NCBI RefSeq assembly: GCF_030013595.1 | Contig: NZ_CP122768.1 | Direction: 5' to 3' (one strand) | Length of the DNA: 64,000 nucleotides | DNA from: Escherichia coli | GTDB taxonomy: Bacteria > Pseudomonadota > Gammaproteobacteria > Enterobacterales > Enterobacteriaceae | Shown here: positions 14,757-29,946 of the stretch, in pieces | Position numbering within the stretch: the stretch's first letter is position 1 | How the letters are laid out: each line of letters starts with the position of its first letter | Position numbers and translations under genes: made by a program | Notes under the pieces: generated by a model | Told to the model about the DNA's origin: nothing | Databases searched by the model: none | Seen by the model: the letters and a program-made list of their open reading frames with translations, nothing else

Positions 14757-14772
14757 CTGTATAAATAACCAG
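14757..14772 (+). promoter_or_regulatory. LexA operator (SOS box) in the dinI promoter
   Basis: CTGTATAAATAACCAG read directly: CTG-N10-CAG palindrome 22 bp upstream of the dinI ATG. Confidence 0.8.
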
Positions 14773-14793
14773 TATATTCAACAGGGGGCTATT

Positions 14794-15039
14794 ATGCGAA
14801 TTGAAGTCACCATAGCGAAAACTTCTCCATTGCCAGCTGGGGCTATTGACGCCCTGGCTGGCGAACTTTCCCGCCGTATTCAGTATGCGTTTCCTGATAA
14901 TGAAGGCCACGTATCGGTACGTTATGCCGCAGCGAATAATTTATCGGTTATTGGCGCGACAAAAGAAGATAAACAGCGCATTAGCGAAATTCTCCAGGAA
15001 ACGTGGGAAAGCGCCGATGACTGGTTTGTCAGCGAATAA
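14794..15039 (+). CDS. dinI: DNA damage-inducible protein I
   Basis: 81-aa reading from ATG at 14794: MRIEVTIAKTSPLPAGAIDALAGELSRRIQYAFPDNEGHVSVRYAAANN... Confidence 0.93.
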   Translation: MRIEVTIAKTSPLPAGAIDALAGELSRRIQYAFPDNEGHVSVRYAAANNLSVIGATKEDKQRISEILQETWESADDWFVSE

Positions 15040-15060
15040 TATGCAGTGATTTTTGTTTTT

Positions 15061-15085
15061 GCCGGGTCGCCCCGGCTTTTTTATT
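15061..15085 (+). terminator. rho-independent terminator after dinI
   Basis: GCCGGG-TCGC-CCCGGC hairpin followed by TTTTTTATTTT. Confidence 0.75.
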
Positions 15086-15328
15086 TTACTTACAAATTTC
15101 GAGTACAAAATTTCTACACTTCCTCAAAATAACTGCACAATATGCTAAAAAAATATGAATGACATGCTGTTTTATTGTTCATATAAATCTTAAAAGCAAA
15201 AATTTATCTGTTCCCCCCTTTAAAAATTCGGTGAATACCCTTACTTATTGGTATACTGAAGTTGCTTCAGATAAAAACGCATTGAACCTCGAATAACGTT
15301 GTCTAGTAACACGAATTAGGGGGCCATG

Positions 15329-15583
15329 ATGGAAAAAAATAATGAAGTCATTCAGACTCATCCGCTCGTAGGGTGGGACATCAGCACCGTTGATAGCTAT
15401 GATGCGCTGATGTTGCGTTTGCACTACCAGACCCCAAATAAGTCCGAGCAGGAAGGGACTGAAGTTGGTCAGACGCTCTGGTTAACCACTGATGTTGCCA
15501 GACAATTTATTTCGATATTAGAAGCAGGAATCGCCAAAATTGAATCCGGTGATTTCCCGGTAAACGAGTATCGGCGTCATTAA
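15329..15583 (+). CDS. bssS: biofilm regulator BssS (YceP)
   Basis: 84-aa MEKNNEVIQTHPLVGWDISTVDSYDALMLRLHYQTPNK... Confidence 0.9.
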   Translation: MEKNNEVIQTHPLVGWDISTVDSYDALMLRLHYQTPNKSEQEGTEVGQTLWLTTDVARQFISILEAGIAKIESGDFPVNEYRRH

Positions 15584-15697
15584 CATGACATGACCATCCA
15601 CCCAAAAGGCACCTCACCGGTGCCTTTACCATTTCTGGGTTGTATATCTGCATTCAGTTAATTACTCTGCTTAAACCATGAGAGCAGAGAGAAAAAA

Positions 15698-16816
15698 ATG
15701 AAATACGATCTCATCATTATTGGCAGCGGTTCCGTAGGCGCTGCCGCCGGGTATTATGCAACCCGCGCCGGTTTAAACGTGCTTATGACCGACGCCCATA
15801 TGCCACCGCATCAACACGGCAGCCACCACGGCGATACGCGATTAATTCGCCATGCTTATGGTGAAGGCGAAAAGTATGTCCCACTGGTTCTCCGCGCGCA
15901 AACGCTGTGGGATGAACTCTCCCGCCACAACGAAGAAGATCCCATTTTTGTACGCTCTGGCGTCATTAACCTTGGCCCGGCTGATTCCACATTTCTCGCC
16001 AACGTCGCCCACAGCGCCAAACAATGGCAACTCAACGTTGAAAAGCTCGATGCGCAAGGGATTATGGCCCGCTGGCCAGAAATACGCGTCCCGGACAACT
16101 ACATCGGCTTATTTGAGACTGATTCCGGTTTTTTGCGCAGCGAACTGGCGATTAAAACCTGGATCCAACTGGCGAAGGAAGCGGGCTGTGCGCAGCTGTT
16201 CAACTGCCCGGTCACCGCAATTCGTCATGACGATGATGGCGTAACTATTGAAACGGCTGACGGTTATTATCAGGCGAAAAAAGCGATTGTCTGCGCGGGA
16301 ACATGGGTAAAAGACCTGCTCCCGGAGCTGCCTGTCCAGCCCATACGCAAAGTATTTGCCTGGTATCAGGCCGATGGTCGCTATAGCGTGAAGAATAAAT
16401 TCCCGGCGTTTACCGGTGAACTGCCCAATGGCGATCAATATTATGGTTTTCCGGCAGAAAACGACGCGTTGAAGATTGGCAAACATAACGGAGGCCAGGT
16501 TATCCATTCAGCGGATGAACGTGTTCCGTTTGCGGAAGTGGTCAGCGATGGTTCGGAAGCCTTCCCGTTCTTGCACAATGTATTGCCGGGTATCGGTTGC
16601 TGCCTGTACGGCGCTGCCTGCACCTATGATAATTCGCCTGACGAAGATTTTATTATCGATACCCTACCCGGCCACGATAATACACTGCTCATTACCGGCC
16701 TGAGTGGGCACGGTTTTAAATTTGCGTCAGTTTTAGGGGAAATAGCTGCCGATTTTGCGCAAGACAAAAAAAGCGATTTTGATTTGACGCCATTCAGGCT
16801 TTCCCGCTTCCAATAA
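15698..16816 (+). CDS. solA: N-methyl-L-tryptophan oxidase
   Basis: 372-aa [37 protein letters not shown]... FAD-binding GxGxxG. Confidence 0.94.
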
Positions 16817-16824
16817 TCATCATT

Positions 16825-16850
16825 ACGGCCTCCAGAATGAGGCCGTTTTT
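16825..16850 (+). terminator. rho-independent terminator after solA
   Basis: ACGGCCTC-CAGAAT-GAGGCCGT hairpin followed by TTTT. Confidence 0.75.
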
Positions 16851-16863
16851 ACAGGAGTATTTA

Positions 16864-16977
16864 ATGCGTCGGCTGTTGCACTATCTCATCAATAATATTC
16901 GCGAGCATCTGATGCTTTATCTTTTTCTCTGGGGATTGTTGGCAATTATGGATCTGATCTATGTGTTTTATTTTTAG
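16864..16977 (+). CDS. yceO: small membrane protein YceO
   Basis: 37-codon [40 protein letters not shown] read directly from the sequence (below ORF-track cutoff); conserved position between solA and yceJ. Confidence 0.6.
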
Positions 16978-17237
16978 TTTTCTGTACTGACATAAACTGA
17001 CAAATATTTAATCTCCCTTTCATTTAGCGTGAAAAATTGAATGAGATTCTTCCTGCCTCTACAGCACTCACCAGACCTTCCAAATGCTGAATCCACTAAA
17101 CTTATGAAGATTCTTTCATTATTAATTCAAAATTATTGAAATAAAAATAAATATCATTCAATTTGTTATTTTTGTGTTGCATTTCATTCTCCGACACGCC
17201 ATTTTCTTTCTCTCGCAAATTCGTTTTGGATGCACTT

Positions 17238-17804
17238 ATGTCATTCACAAATACCCCTGAACGCTATGGTGTTATATCTGCGGCCTTACATTGGCTAAGC
17301 GCAATTATTGTCTACGGCATGTTTGCTTTAGGTCTGTGGATGGTCACGCTCAGTTATTACGATGGCTGGTATCACAAAGCACCCGAAGTGCATAAAAGCA
17401 TCGGCATTTTGTTAATGATGGGGCTGGTTATTCGCGTTCTGTGGCGCGTCATATCTCCACCGCCGGGTCCGCTGCAGAGTTATTCGCCCATGACTCGTCT
17501 TGGCGCAAAGGCTGGACATCTCGCATTGTACTTATTGCTGTTCGCCATCGGCATCAGCGGCTATCTGATCTCAACTGCCGATGGTAAACCGATCAGCGTT
17601 TTTGGCTGGTTTGACGTCCCCGCGACCCTCGCCGACGCTGGCGCACAGGCTGACTTTGCCGGTGCCCTGCATTTTTGGCTCGCGTGGAGCGTCGTAGTAC
17701 TGTCCGTTATGCATGGATTTATGGCCCTGAAGCATCATTTCATCGATAAAGACGACACTCTGAAGCGCATGCTGGGAAAGTCGTCATCTGACTATGGAGT
17801 ATAA
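17238..17804 (+). CDS. yceJ: cytochrome b561 family protein YceJ
   Basis: 188-aa reading from ATG at 17238: MSFTNTPERYGVISAALHWLSAIIVYGMFALGLWMV...; heme-ligand His residues in TM helices. Confidence 0.9.
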   Translation: MSFTNTPERYGVISAALHWLSAIIVYGMFALGLWMVTLSYYDGWYHKAPEVHKSIGILLMMGLVIRVLWRVISPPPGPLQSYSPMTRLGAKAGHLALYLLLFAIGISGYLISTADGKPISVFGWFDVPATLADAGAQADFAGALHFWLAWSVVVLSVMHGFMALKHHFIDKDDTLKRMLGKSSSDYGV

Positions 17805-17807
17805 AAA

Positions 17808-18383
17808 ATGAAAAAAAGCCTGCTTGGTTTAACCTTCGCTTCCCTGATGTTCTCTGCCGGTTCAGCGGTTGCCGCCGATTACAAAATTGACAAAGAAGGT
17901 CAGCACGCCTTTGTTAACTTCCGCATCCAGCATCTTGGCTATAGCTGGTTATATGGCACCTTTAAAGATTTCGACGGTACTTTTACCTTTGATGAAAAAA
18001 ATCCAGCTGCCGATAAAGTGAATGTGACAATTAACACCACCAGCGTCGATACTAATCACGCCGAACGCGATAAACATCTTCGCAGTGCAGATTTCCTCAA
18101 TACCGCAAAATATCCACAGGCAACATTCACCTCCACCAGCGTGAAGAAAGACGGTGACGAACTGGATATTACCGGCGATCTGACGCTGAATGGCGTAACC
18201 AAACCCGTCACGCTGGAAGCGAAATTAATTGGTCAAGGCGACGACCCGTGGGGTGGTAAACGTGCAGGCTTCGAGGCCGAAGGCAAAATTAAGCTCAAGG
18301 ACTTCAATATCAAAACAGATTTAGGTCCAGCTTCTCAGGAAGTGGATATGATTATTTCAGTGGAAGGCGTACAGCAGAAGTAA
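17808..18383 (+). CDS. yceI: periplasmic YceI-family (polyisoprenoid-binding) protein
   Basis: 191-aa ORF with signal peptide [38 protein letters not shown]... Confidence 0.92.
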   Translation: MKKSLLGLTFASLMFSAGSAVAADYKIDKEGQHAFVNFRIQHLGYSWLYGTFKDFDGTFTFDEKNPAADKVNVTINTTSVDTNHAERDKHLRSADFLNTAKYPQATFTSTSVKKDGDELDITGDLTLNGVTKPVTLEAKLIGQGDDPWGGKRAGFEAEGKIKLKDFNIKTDLGPASQEVDMIISVEGVQQK

Positions 18384-18395
18384 GAGTGAAATGTT

Positions 18396-18416
18396 GCCGG
18401 ATGACACGCATCCGGC
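18396..18416. terminator. bidirectional hairpin between convergent yceI and yceA
   Basis: GCCGGATG-ACACG-CATCCGGC hairpin between the two stop codons. Confidence 0.6.
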
Positions 18417-18424
18417 AATGATAT

Positions 18425-19477
18425 TTATTCTGTTGGATCAGGAATGCCCAGTGTTGTATTCAGACGTCCACGAGACTTATTAAAGATCTTATTGCCATTT
18501 TCACGTCCTGCCCGACGGCGTCGCTGTTCTTCAGGCGGTAACGCGCTTTCTTCGCAGCAAATCTCACTACAACAACCTTTGTATTTTTCCGCACATACTG
18601 GACACTGAATAAACAGCAGGTGGCAGCCATCATTTTTACAGTTGGTATGGCTGTCGCACGGCGCACCGCACTGGTGGCAATGCGCGATAATCTCATCAGA
18701 TATACGTTCGCCCATCCGCTCGTCAAAAACAAAATTTTTGCCAATAAAACGTACCGGTAAACCCTGCTCGCGCGCCTTGCGGGCGTATTCAATAATTCCG
18801 CCCTCGATATGCCAGACTTTATTGAATCCGTTATGTTTCATCCAGGCACTGGCCTTTTCACAACGAATGCCACCGGTGCAGTACATAACGATTTTTTTAT
18901 CTTTATGTGCCTGCATCATCTCGACTGCTTTTGGCAGCTGCTCACGGAAGGTATCTGCCGGAATTTCCAGCGCGTTTTCAAAGTGCCCCACTTCATACTC
19001 ATAGTGGTTACGCATGTCGATAAACAATGCATCGGGATCGTCAAGCATGGCGTTCACTTCCGCCGCTTGCAGATACTCACCCACATTGCTGGCATCAAAG
19101 TGAGGATCGTCAATACCGTCGGCAACAATGCGATCGCGAACCTTCATGCGCAGAACCCAGAAGGATTTCCCGTCATCATCCAACGCGATATTCAGGCGTA
19201 AGCCCTCTAAAGCCGGGTCGAAGGCATAGAGCTGTGCGCGAAATGTTTCAACATTGCTCGCAGGTACGCTGATTTGCGCGTTAACACCCTCATGCGCCAG
19301 ATACACTCGCCCAAAAACATTCAGCGCGGTAAACAGCTGATATAAAGCGTCACGGGTCGCCTTAGGATCGGCGATGTGGAAATACTTATAAAACGAAATG
19401 GTGGTTCGCGGTTCGCTCTCAGCCAACATTTTGGCTTTTAACGCGTCGTTGGAAATGCGGTTGTGTAACACTGGCAT
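18425..19477 (-). CDS. yceA: rhodanese-domain tRNA uridine(34) hydroxylase (YceA/TrhO)
   Basis: ORF 18425..19531; start trimmed to [26 protein letters not shown]...; rhodanese active-site [10 protein letters not shown]. Confidence 0.9.
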   Translation of the reverse strand: MPVLHNRISNDALKAKMLAESEPRTTISFYKYFHIADPKATRDALYQLFTALNVFGRVYLAHEGVNAQISVPASNVETFRAQLYAFDPALEGLRLNIALDDDGKSFWVLRMKVRDRIVADGIDDPHFDASNVGEYLQAAEVNAMLDDPDALFIDMRNHYEYEVGHFENALEIPADTFREQLPKAVEMMQAHKDKKIVMYCTGGIRCEKASAWMKHNGFNKVWHIEGGIIEYARKAREQGLPVRFIGKNFVFDERMGERISDEIIAHCHQCGAPCDSHTNCKNDGCHLLFIQCPVCAEKYKGCCSEICCEESALPPEEQRRRRAGRENGNKIFNKSRGRLNTTLGIPDPTE

Positions 19478-19701
19478 GGTGTACGGTTCCTGCGAGATGG
19501 GAAAGTAAAAATCCGCGGCATGATATAGCAATTATCGATAATTAACATCCACACATTTTACGCTACATTTGCGCATTAAAAATTATTTGTTATTTACAAG
19601 CGCGGCAATTTCGCCCAGTCTTCAGCCACAAATTTTGGTTGCGGGCGAAAAAATGCGACAATACATACAATTGCCCGTATAGGTTGAAAAACAGGATTGA
19701 T

Positions 19702-20622
19702 ATGACGAATCTACCCAAGTTCTCCACCGCACTGCTTCATCCGCGTTATTGGTTAACCTGGTTGGGTATTGGCGTACTTTGGTTAGTCGTGCAATTGCCC
19801 TACCCGGTTATCTACCGCCTCGGTTGTGGATTAGGAAAACTGGCGTTACGTTTTATGAAACGACGCGCAAAAATTGTGCATCGCAACCTGGAACTGTGCT
19901 TCCCGGAAATGAGCGAACAAGAACGCCGTAAAATGGTGGTGAAGAATTTCGAATCCGTTGGCATGGGACTGATGGAAACTGGCATGGCGTGGTTCTGGCC
20001 GGACCGCAGAATCGCCCGCTGGACGGAAGTGATCGGCATGGAACACATTCGTGACGTGCAGGCGCAAAAACGCGGCATCCTGTTAGTTGGCATCCATTTT
20101 CTGACACTGGAGCTGGGTGCGCGGCAGTTTGGTATGCAGGAACCGGGGATTGGCGTTTACCGCCCGAACGATAATCCACTGATTGACTGGCTACAAACCT
20201 GGGGCCGTTTGCGCTCAAATAAATCGATGCTCGACCGCAAAGATTTAAAAGGCATGATTAAAGCCCTGAAAAAAGGCGAAGTGGTCTGGTACGCACCGGA
20301 TCATGATTACGGCCCGCGCTCAAGCGTTTTCGTCCCGTTGTTTGCCGTTGAGCAGGCTGCGACCACGACCGGAACCTGGATGCTGGCACGGATGTCCGGC
20401 GCATGTCTGGTGCCCTTCGTTCCACGCCGTAAGCCAGATGGCAAAGGGTATCAGTTGATTATGCTGCCGCCAGAGTGTTCTCCGCCGCTGGATGATGCCG
20501 AAACTACCGCCGCGTGGATGAACAAAGTGGTCGAAAAATGCATCATGATGGCACCAGAGCAGTATATGTGGTTACACCGTCGCTTTAAAACACGCCCGGA
20601 AGGCGTTCCTTCACGCTATTAA
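19702..20622 (+). CDS. lpxL: lipid A biosynthesis lauroyltransferase LpxL (HtrB)
   Basis: 306-aa reading from ATG at 19702: [35 protein letters not shown]... Confidence 0.93.
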
Positions 20623-20793
20623 ATCTCCCATGCCGGATGCTTCAGAAGGGTATCCGGCATTACCACAGCAAATCCCCCTGATTTAGCGATAAAAGCTCTC
20701 TGGATTGCGCCCCCTGGAAGTCGGGCGCATAATTAGTGTGCTTATCTTTTCTTCTTATGTTCACCGCGCCTGGCGCACCAACAGCGGATTGCT

Positions 20794-22020
20794 ATGTCAC
20801 CCTGTGAAAATGACACCCCTATAAACTGGAAACGAAACCTGATCGTCGCCTGGCTAGGCTGTTTTCTTACCGGTGCCGCCTTCAGTCTGGTAATGCCCTT
20901 CTTACCCCTCTACGTTGAGCAGCTTGGCGTTACCGGTCACTCCGCCCTGAATATGTGGTCCGGTATTGTCTTCAGCATTACATTTTTATTTTCGGCCATC
21001 GCCTCACCGTTTTGGGGTGGACTAGCCGATCGTAAAGGCCGAAAACTCATGCTATTACGCTCTGCCCTCGGCATGGGCATCGTGATGGTGTTGATGGGGC
21101 TGGCACAAAATATCTGGCAGTTTTTGATCCTGCGGGCGCTTCTTGGGTTACTTGGCGGATTTGTCCCCAACGCTAATGCTCTTATCGCCACACAAGTACC
21201 GCGTAATAAAAGCGGCTGGGCGCTGGGGACGCTTTCCACAGGCGGCGTTAGCGGTGCGTTGCTCGGCCCAATGGCTGGCGGCCTGCTCGCTGATAGCTAC
21301 GGCTTACGTCCGGTATTCTTTATTACCGCCAGTGTGCTCATACTCTGCTTTTTCGTCACCCTGTTTTGCATCAGAGAAAAATTCCAGCCGGTCAGCAAAA
21401 AAGAGATGCTGCACATGCGGGAAGTGGTGACATCACTTAAAAACCCGAAACTGGTACTCAGCCTGTTTGTCACTACGTTAATCATCCAGGTGGCGACGGG
21501 CTCAATTGCCCCCATTCTGACGCTGTATGTCCGCGAACTGGCGGGTAACGTCAGTAACGTCGCCTTTATCAGTGGCATGATCGCCTCGGTGCCAGGCGTG
21601 GCGGCTCTGCTGAGTGCACCACGACTCGGCAAACTTGGCGATCGAATCGGACCCGAAAAGATCCTGATTACGGCGCTGATCTTTTCTGTACTGCTATTGA
21701 TCCCAATGTCTTACGTTCAGACGCCATTACAACTTGGGATTTTACGTTTTTTGCTCGGTGCCGCCGATGGTGCACTACTCCCCGCCGTACAAACACTGTT
21801 GGTTTACAACTCGAGCAACCAAATCGCCGGGCGTATCTTCAGCTATAACCAGTCGTTTCGTGATATTGGAAACGTTACCGGACCATTGATGGGAGCCGCG
21901 ATTTCAGCGAACTACGGTTTCAGAGCGGTATTTCTCGTCACCGCTGGCGTAGTGTTATTCAACGCAGTCTATTCATGGAACAGTCTACGTCGTCGTCGAA
22001 TACCCCAGGTATCGAACTGA
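20794..22020 (+). CDS. mdtG: MFS multidrug efflux transporter MdtG
   Basis: 408-aa [48 protein letters not shown]... Confidence 0.92.
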
Positions 22021-22102
22021 TTTTTCGCCTTTCATACTTGCAAAAGCGGAGAATCAGCTATCCTTTTCCCTGAAACCTCATCAACTCAAAGGGAGAATCG
22101 TG

Positions 22103-22477
22103 ATGACCATGTACGCAACGCTTGAAGAAGCCATTGACGCTGCACGCGAAGAATTTCTTGCAGACAACCCCGGCATCGACGCCGAAGATGCGAATGTGCA
22201 ACAGTTCAATGCCCAAAAATACGTTTTGCAGGACGGCGACATCATGTGGCAAGTTGAGTTTTTTGCCGACGAAGGGGAAGAAGGTGAATGTTTACCTATG
22301 CTTAGCGGTGAAGCCGCGCAAAGTGTCTTTGACGGCGACTATGATGAGATAGAGATCCGCCAGGAGTGGCAAGAAGAGAATACATTACATGAATGGGACG
22401 AGGGGGAATTTCAGCTTGAGCCACCGCTGGATACCGAGGAAGGACGCGCAGCAGCTGATGAGTGGGATGAACGTTAA
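22103..22477 (+). CDS. msyB: acidic protein MsyB
   Basis: 124-aa highly acidic protein MTMYATLEEAIDAAREEFLADNPGIDAEDANVQQF... Confidence 0.9.
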   Translation: MTMYATLEEAIDAAREEFLADNPGIDAEDANVQQFNAQKYVLQDGDIMWQVEFFADEGEEGECLPMLSGEAAQSVFDGDYDEIEIRQEWQEENTLHEWDEGEFQLEPPLDTEEGRAAADEWDER

Positions 22478-22705
22478 TCACTCATACGGGCCATGATGAA
22501 TGTCGATCGGCAGCAGTAAAGTATCAAAAACCAGGGAGAATGGCAGATCAAGGATCGTGACATAACGCCAGGCGGAGTCACGCACATCCCATTGCACACC
22601 GGGATAATATTGGTTGCCATGCCCCTGCCCCGGTATAGTGCGACTAATAATGCTGCCACAGCCACTCAGCAAGGTCACCATGATGCTCACCACAATTAAA
22701 CGCAT
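22478..22705 (-). CDS. yceK: lipoprotein YceK
   Basis: 75-aa ORF MRLIVVSIMVTLLSGC (lipobox)... Confidence 0.88.
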   Translation of the reverse strand: MRLIVVSIMVTLLSGCGSIISRTIPGQGHGNQYYPGVQWDVRDSAWRYVTILDLPFSLVFDTLLLPIDIHHGPYE

Positions 22706-22731
22706 TTGATACCTCTTCCGTAAAAAAATAC

Positions 22732-22744
22732 CGGCATAACGCCG
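22732..22744. repeat. IS4 target-site duplication, left copy (CGGCATAACGCCG)
   Basis: Identical 13-mer directly abuts both IS4 ends (22732-22744 and 24171-24183). Confidence 0.85.
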
Positions 22745-24170
22745 TAATGCCGATCAGTTAAGGATCAGTTGACCGATCCAGTGGCTGTGTAAGAATCCGG
22801 AAACGCTCACTTGTTTCCGGATTTTTTTATGCACATTGGACAGGCTCTTGATCTGGTATCCCGTTACGATTCTCTGCGTAACCCACTGACTTCTCTGGGG
22901 GATTACCTCGATCCCGAACTCATCTCTCGTTGCCTTGCCGAATCAGGTACTGTAACGCTACGCAAGCGCCGTCTTCCCCTCGAAATGATGGTCTGGTGTA
23001 TTGTTGGCATGGCGCTTGAGCGTAAAGAACCTCTTCACCAGATTGTGAATCGCCTGGACATCATGCTGCCGGGCAATCGCCCCTTCGTTGCTCCCAGTGC
23101 CGTTATTCAGGCCCGCCAGCGCCTGGGAAGTGAGGCTGTCCGCCGCGTGTTCACGAAAACAGCGCAGCTCTGGCATAACGCCACGCCGCATCCGCACTGG
23201 TGCGGCCTGACCCTGCTGGCCATCGATGGTGTGTTCTGGCGCACACCGGATACACCAGAGAACGATGCAGCCTTCCCCCGCCAGACACATGCCGGGAACC
23301 CGGCGCTCTACCCGCAGGTCAAAATGGTCTGCCAGATGGAACTGACCAGCCATCTGCTGACGGCTGCAGCCTTCGGCACGATGAAGAACAGCGAAAATGA
23401 GCTTGCTGAGCAACTTATAGAACAAACCGGCGATAACACTCTGACGTTAATGGATAAAGGTTATTACTCACTGGGACTGTTAAATGCCTGGAGCCTGGCG
23501 GGAGAACACCGCCACTGGATGATACCTCTCAGAAAGGGAGCGCAATATGAAGAGATCAGAAAACTGGGTAAAGGCGATCATCTGGTGAAGCTGAAAACCA
23601 GCCCGCAGGCACGAAAAAAGTGGCCGGGACTGGGAAATGAAGTGACAGCCCGCCTGCTGACCGTGACGCGCAAAGGAAAAGTCTGCCATCTGCTGACGTC
23701 GATGACGGACGCCATGCGCTTCCCCGGAGGAGAAATGGCGGATCTGTACAGTCATCGCTGGGAAATCGAACTGGGATACAGGGAGATAAAACAGACGATG
23801 CAACTGAGCAGGCTGACGCTGAGAAGTAAAAAACCGGAGCTTGTGGAGCAAGAGCTGTGGGGTGTCTTACTGGCTTATAATCTGGTGAGATATCAGATGA
23901 TTAAAATGGCGGAACATCTGAAAGGTTACTGGCCGAATCAACTGAGTTTCTCAGAATCATGCGGAATGGTGATGAGAATGCTGATGACATTGCAGGGCGC
24001 TTCACCGGGACGTATACCGGAGCTGATGCGCGATCTTGCAAGTATGGGACAACTTGTGAAATTACCGACAAGAAGGGAAAGGGCCTTCCCGAGAGTGGTA
24101 AAGGAGAGGCCCTGGAAATACCCCACAGCCCCGAAAAAGAGCCAGTAAGTTGCTTAACTGACTGGCATTA
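22745..24170 (+). mobile_element. insertion sequence IS4, complete copy (1426 bp)
   Basis: Left end TAATGCCGATCAGTTAAGG and reverse complement of right end TAATGCCAGTCAGTTAAGC form imperfect 18-19 bp terminal inverted repeats; length 1426 bp; encodes a DDE transposase; flanked by a 13-bp direct repeat. Confidence 0.9.
22829..24148 (+). CDS. insG: IS4 transposase
   Basis: ORF 22811..24148; [66 protein letters not shown]... recognised as the IS4-family transposase. Confidence 0.9.
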   Translation: MHIGQALDLVSRYDSLRNPLTSLGDYLDPELISRCLAESGTVTLRKRRLPLEMMVWCIVGMALERKEPLHQIVNRLDIMLPGNRPFVAPSAVIQARQRLGSEAVRRVFTKTAQLWHNATPHPHWCGLTLLAIDGVFWRTPDTPENDAAFPRQTHAGNPALYPQVKMVCQMELTSHLLTAAAFGTMKNSENELAEQLIEQTGDNTLTLMDKGYYSLGLLNAWSLAGEHRHWMIPLRKGAQYEEIRKLGKGDHLVKLKTSPQARKKWPGLGNEVTARLLTVTRKGKVCHLLTSMTDAMRFPGGEMADLYSHRWEIELGYREIKQTMQLSRLTLRSKKPELVEQELWGVLLAYNLVRYQMIKMAEHLKGYWPNQLSFSESCGMVMRMLMTLQGASPGRIPELMRDLASMGQLVKLPTRRERAFPRVVKERPWKYPTAPKKSQ

Positions 24171-24183
24171 CGGCATAACGCCG
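24171..24183. repeat. IS4 target-site duplication, right copy (CGGCATAACGCCG)
   Basis: See left copy. Confidence 0.85.
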
Positions 24184-24316
24184 GTATTTTTATTGGCTCG
24201 TTGTTTTTGCCAGATGTGGCGTGAACGCCTTATCCGACCTACAAAATCTTGCAAAATCAACACATTGCAGGAGCGATGTAGGCCTGATAAGCGTAGTGCA
24301 TCAGGCAACTACGTTT

Positions 24317-28499
<4,183 letters not shown>

Positions 28500-28781
28500 T
28501 CAGCACGCTGGCTCATGGATTAAGCACCTGATTGCAACCGTTTTCACTTTCCGTGCTTCTCCTAAAGACAGAAGCATCGACTTCGTGTAGGGTTTGCCAG
28601 CAAATTTATTTATCAACCGTCTTACAGACGCTTCCATTCTGGTTAGTGGTAGCGATGATGCTATGCATTAAAACCTTGAAGCCTGCGCCTGGCGCGGTCA
28701 GGTCGGTGTCGCTATGGCAACAAGCCTAAAGGCATAACCCGACAGGGATAAGACGAAAAATCCGAGATTAGTTAACCATAT

Positions 28782-29939
28782 ATGAATCCAGTACCCGCGC
28801 AACGTGAATATTTCCTCGACTCCATCCGCGCCTGGCTGATGTTGTTAGGGATCCCTTTTCATATTTCTTTAATCTATTCGAGCCATACATGGCATGTGAA
28901 TAGCGCCGAACCGTCATTGTGGCTGACCCTTTTTAATGACTTCATCCACTCGTTCCGCATGCAGGTATTTTTCGTTATATCCGGGTACTTTTCCTACATG
29001 CTTTTTTTACGCTATCCCTTGAAAAAATGGTGGAAAGTACGTGTCGAACGTGTAGGTATCCCGATGTTAACAGCCATCCCCCTACTGACATTACCGCAAT
29101 TTATTATGCTGCAATACGTCAAAGGGAAAGCGGAAAGTTGGCCTGGCCTGTCATTGTATGACAAATATAATACGTTGGCCTGGGAATTAATATCACACCT
29201 GTGGTTTTTACTGGTGTTAGTAGTCATGACGACGCTGTGCGTATGGATATTTAAACGCATCAGAAATAATTTAGAAAATTCTGATAAAACGAATAAAAAA
29301 TTCTCGATGGTAAAACTATCGGTGATTTTTTTGTGCCTCGGCATCGGCTATGCGGTAATAAGAAGAACGATTTTTATTGTGTATCCGCCCATTCTGAGTA
29401 ACGGCATGTTCAATTTTATTGTCATGCAAACGCTATTTTATTTGCCGTTCTTTATCCTCGGCGCACTGGCTTTCATTTTCCCTCACCTTAAAGCCTTGTT
29501 TACCACGCCGTCTCGTGGCTGTACCCTTGCAGCAGCATTGGCGTTTGTCGCTTATTTACTCAACCAGCGCTATGGCAGTGGCGATGCCTGGATGTACGAA
29601 ACCGAGTCGGTGATCACCATGGTCCTCGGTCTGTGGATGGTAAATGTGGTCTTCTCCTTTGGCCACCGTTTGCTTAACTTCCAGTCAGCGCGGGTGACTT
29701 ATTTTGTTAACGCATCGCTGTTTATCTATCTGGTTCACCACCCGTTAACGCTGTTTTTCGGCGCATACATTACACCGCACATCACCTCCAACTGGCTTGG
29801 TTTTCTCTGTGGCCTGATATTCGTAGTAGGGATTGCGATAATTCTGTATGAAATTCATTTACGCATCCCGTTACTGAAGTTTTTGTTCTCTGGTAAACCG
29901 GTTGTTAAGCGTGAGAACGATAAAGCACCAGCCCGTTAA
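28782..29939 (+). CDS. opgC: glucan succinyltransferase OpgC (MdoC)
   Basis: 385-aa polytopic membrane acyltransferase [37 protein letters not shown]... Confidence 0.9.
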   Translation: MNPVPAQREYFLDSIRAWLMLLGIPFHISLIYSSHTWHVNSAEPSLWLTLFNDFIHSFRMQVFFVISGYFSYMLFLRYPLKKWWKVRVERVGIPMLTAIPLLTLPQFIMLQYVKGKAESWPGLSLYDKYNTLAWELISHLWFLLVLVVMTTLCVWIFKRIRNNLENSDKTNKKFSMVKLSVIFLCLGIGYAVIRRTIFIVYPPILSNGMFNFIVMQTLFYLPFFILGALAFIFPHLKALFTTPSRGCTLAAALAFVAYLLNQRYGSGDAWMYETESVITMVLGLWMVNVVFSFGHRLLNFQSARVTYFVNASLFIYLVHHPLTLFFGAYITPHITSNWLGFLCGLIFVVGIAIILYEIHLRIPLLKFLFSGKPVVKRENDKAPAR

Positions 29940-29946
29940 GCCGCGT

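Noticed and set aside
20623-20680. Palindrome ATGCCGGAT-N13-ATCCGGCAT after lpxL as an intrinsic terminator
   Set aside because: No T-run follows; could be a REP-like element or protein-binding site, not confidently a terminator
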